The notes under the pieces were generated by a model. It searched no databases. It saw only the letters and a list, made by a program, of their open reading frames with translations, and was not told the DNA's origin. The translations under genes and the position numbers were made by a program. From the NCBI GenBank assembly GCA_030681595.1, contig JAUXSB010000037.1:133708-197707 (forward strand): a stretch of DNA of 64,000 nt, given 5' to 3'. How positions within the stretch are numbered: the first letter of the stretch is position 1; each line of letters starts with the position of its first letter. Of the stretch, positions 63,469 through 64,000 are shown piece by piece. This DNA is from Candidatus Omnitrophota bacterium (GTDB lineage: Bacteria > Omnitrophota > Gorgyraeia > Ghiorseimicrobiales > Ghiorseimicrobiaceae).

Positions 63469-64000
63469 CTAATGCCTGCCTGTCTGTCATTCCGGCGATA
63501 TGGTCGCAAATCAACCTCCTTAACGAATCTTTCTGGATATCCTGCTCTAGCAGATAAGGCAATTGCTCCGGCTTTGCTAAATATACATTAAACAATTCCT
63601 GGATAAAGCGCTTTGCCTTATAAGACATGCGGATAACACGGTGGTGCCGGTAGAGCTTTTCCATAAGAAACTTCCTTAAAGGCGCTCTTTCCTGCTCTAG
63701 GCTTTCACTAAAGGAAATAACTTGGGATTTAAGCTGCTTTGCGTCAAGTGCTGAGCTTAAGCTTAGCACTTTAAGCCGGCGTTCCGACTCTGCTATTATA
63801 TCTGTTACTTGAAGATCAATCAAGGATTTTATAACTTGGTATTTGCGCCTTGCTTCATCAAGTTCGCCGTATTTTTTATTTATCTGGCGCAGCATTCTTG
63901 CCCAAAGGCCCACGTTTTCCAGGTCTTTTTCCGAAATTAACCGTGATGTTATCCCGTCGTCTAAATCATGGTTGTCGTATGCGATTTCGTCGGCGAGGTC
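63428..64000 (-). CDS. dGTP triphosphohydrolase-like protein, C-terminal part (5' end beyond the window)
   Basis: ICDHIAGMTDRQALDEYKKL matches the dGTPase C-terminal signature. The ORF stays open to the window edge. Confidence 0.5.
   Translation of the reverse strand, partial: DLADEIAYDNHDLDDGITSRLISEKDLENVGLWARMLRQINKKYGELDEARRKYQVIKSLIDLQVTDIIAESERRLKVLSLSSALDAKQLKSQVISFSESLEQERAPLRKFLMEKLYRHHRVIRMSYKAKRFIQELFNVYLAKPEQLPYLLEQDIQKDSLRRLICDHIAGMTDRQALDEYKKLFDPYEKV

Overview
This window is an AT-rich bacterial chromosomal segment with about 70 genes, nearly all on the minus strand. My leading reading of 1.1–18.8 kb is a type-II-PKS/FAS-like biosynthetic gene cluster. It holds a KS-alpha, a Cys-less KS-beta/CLF-like partner, an ACP, a B12-binding radical-SAM enzyme, an SRPBCC cyclase/dehydrase, a PF04199 'cyclase', cupin, SDR, MFS, a tandem TIGR04076 protein, a ketopantoate-reductase-like protein, an aldehyde dehydrogenase and an acyl-CoA ligase. 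Inside it sits a 5'-deoxyadenosine/MTA 'DHAP-shunt' salvage set (nucleoside phosphorylase, MtnA-like isomerase, class-II aldolase fused to SCP2). The cluster genes are separated by GC-rich REP-like perfect palindromes lying directly upstream of start codons. At 19–30 kb there are housekeeping genes (pdxJ, folP, ftsH, tilS, acpS, NAD(P)HX dehydratase), tRNA-Gly/Thr/Met each with odd neighbours (5'-half pseudo-copies and a 104-nt tRNA-like element), a ThyA-superfamily gene and a LAGLIDADG-like ORF. At 30–36 kb lies the corrinoid module of the Wood–Ljungdahl pathway (acsE, acsD, cooC-like, RACo, acsC), followed by FwdE-like and LarB-like genes. At 36–45 kb are HTH_17 fusion proteins (one with bactofilin), mgtC, tsaD, ctpA and gatCAB. 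At 45.7–58.5 kb a candidate c-di-GMP-I (GEMM) riboswitch precedes a cell-surface locus: an SCPU/Csu-pilin-like protein, a triple-repeat secreted protein, a giant outer-membrane protein, a 1098-aa secreted protein, a PQQ-propeller interrupted by an in-frame TAG, and an HTH–REC regulator. Recurring 'GATTACACAGATTAAA' boxes flank this locus. The window ends with aroB, a site-2 protease, SH3b, SPOR, a GAF–HD-GYP protein and a partial dGTPase-like gene. I found no CRISPR array, transposase or integrase.
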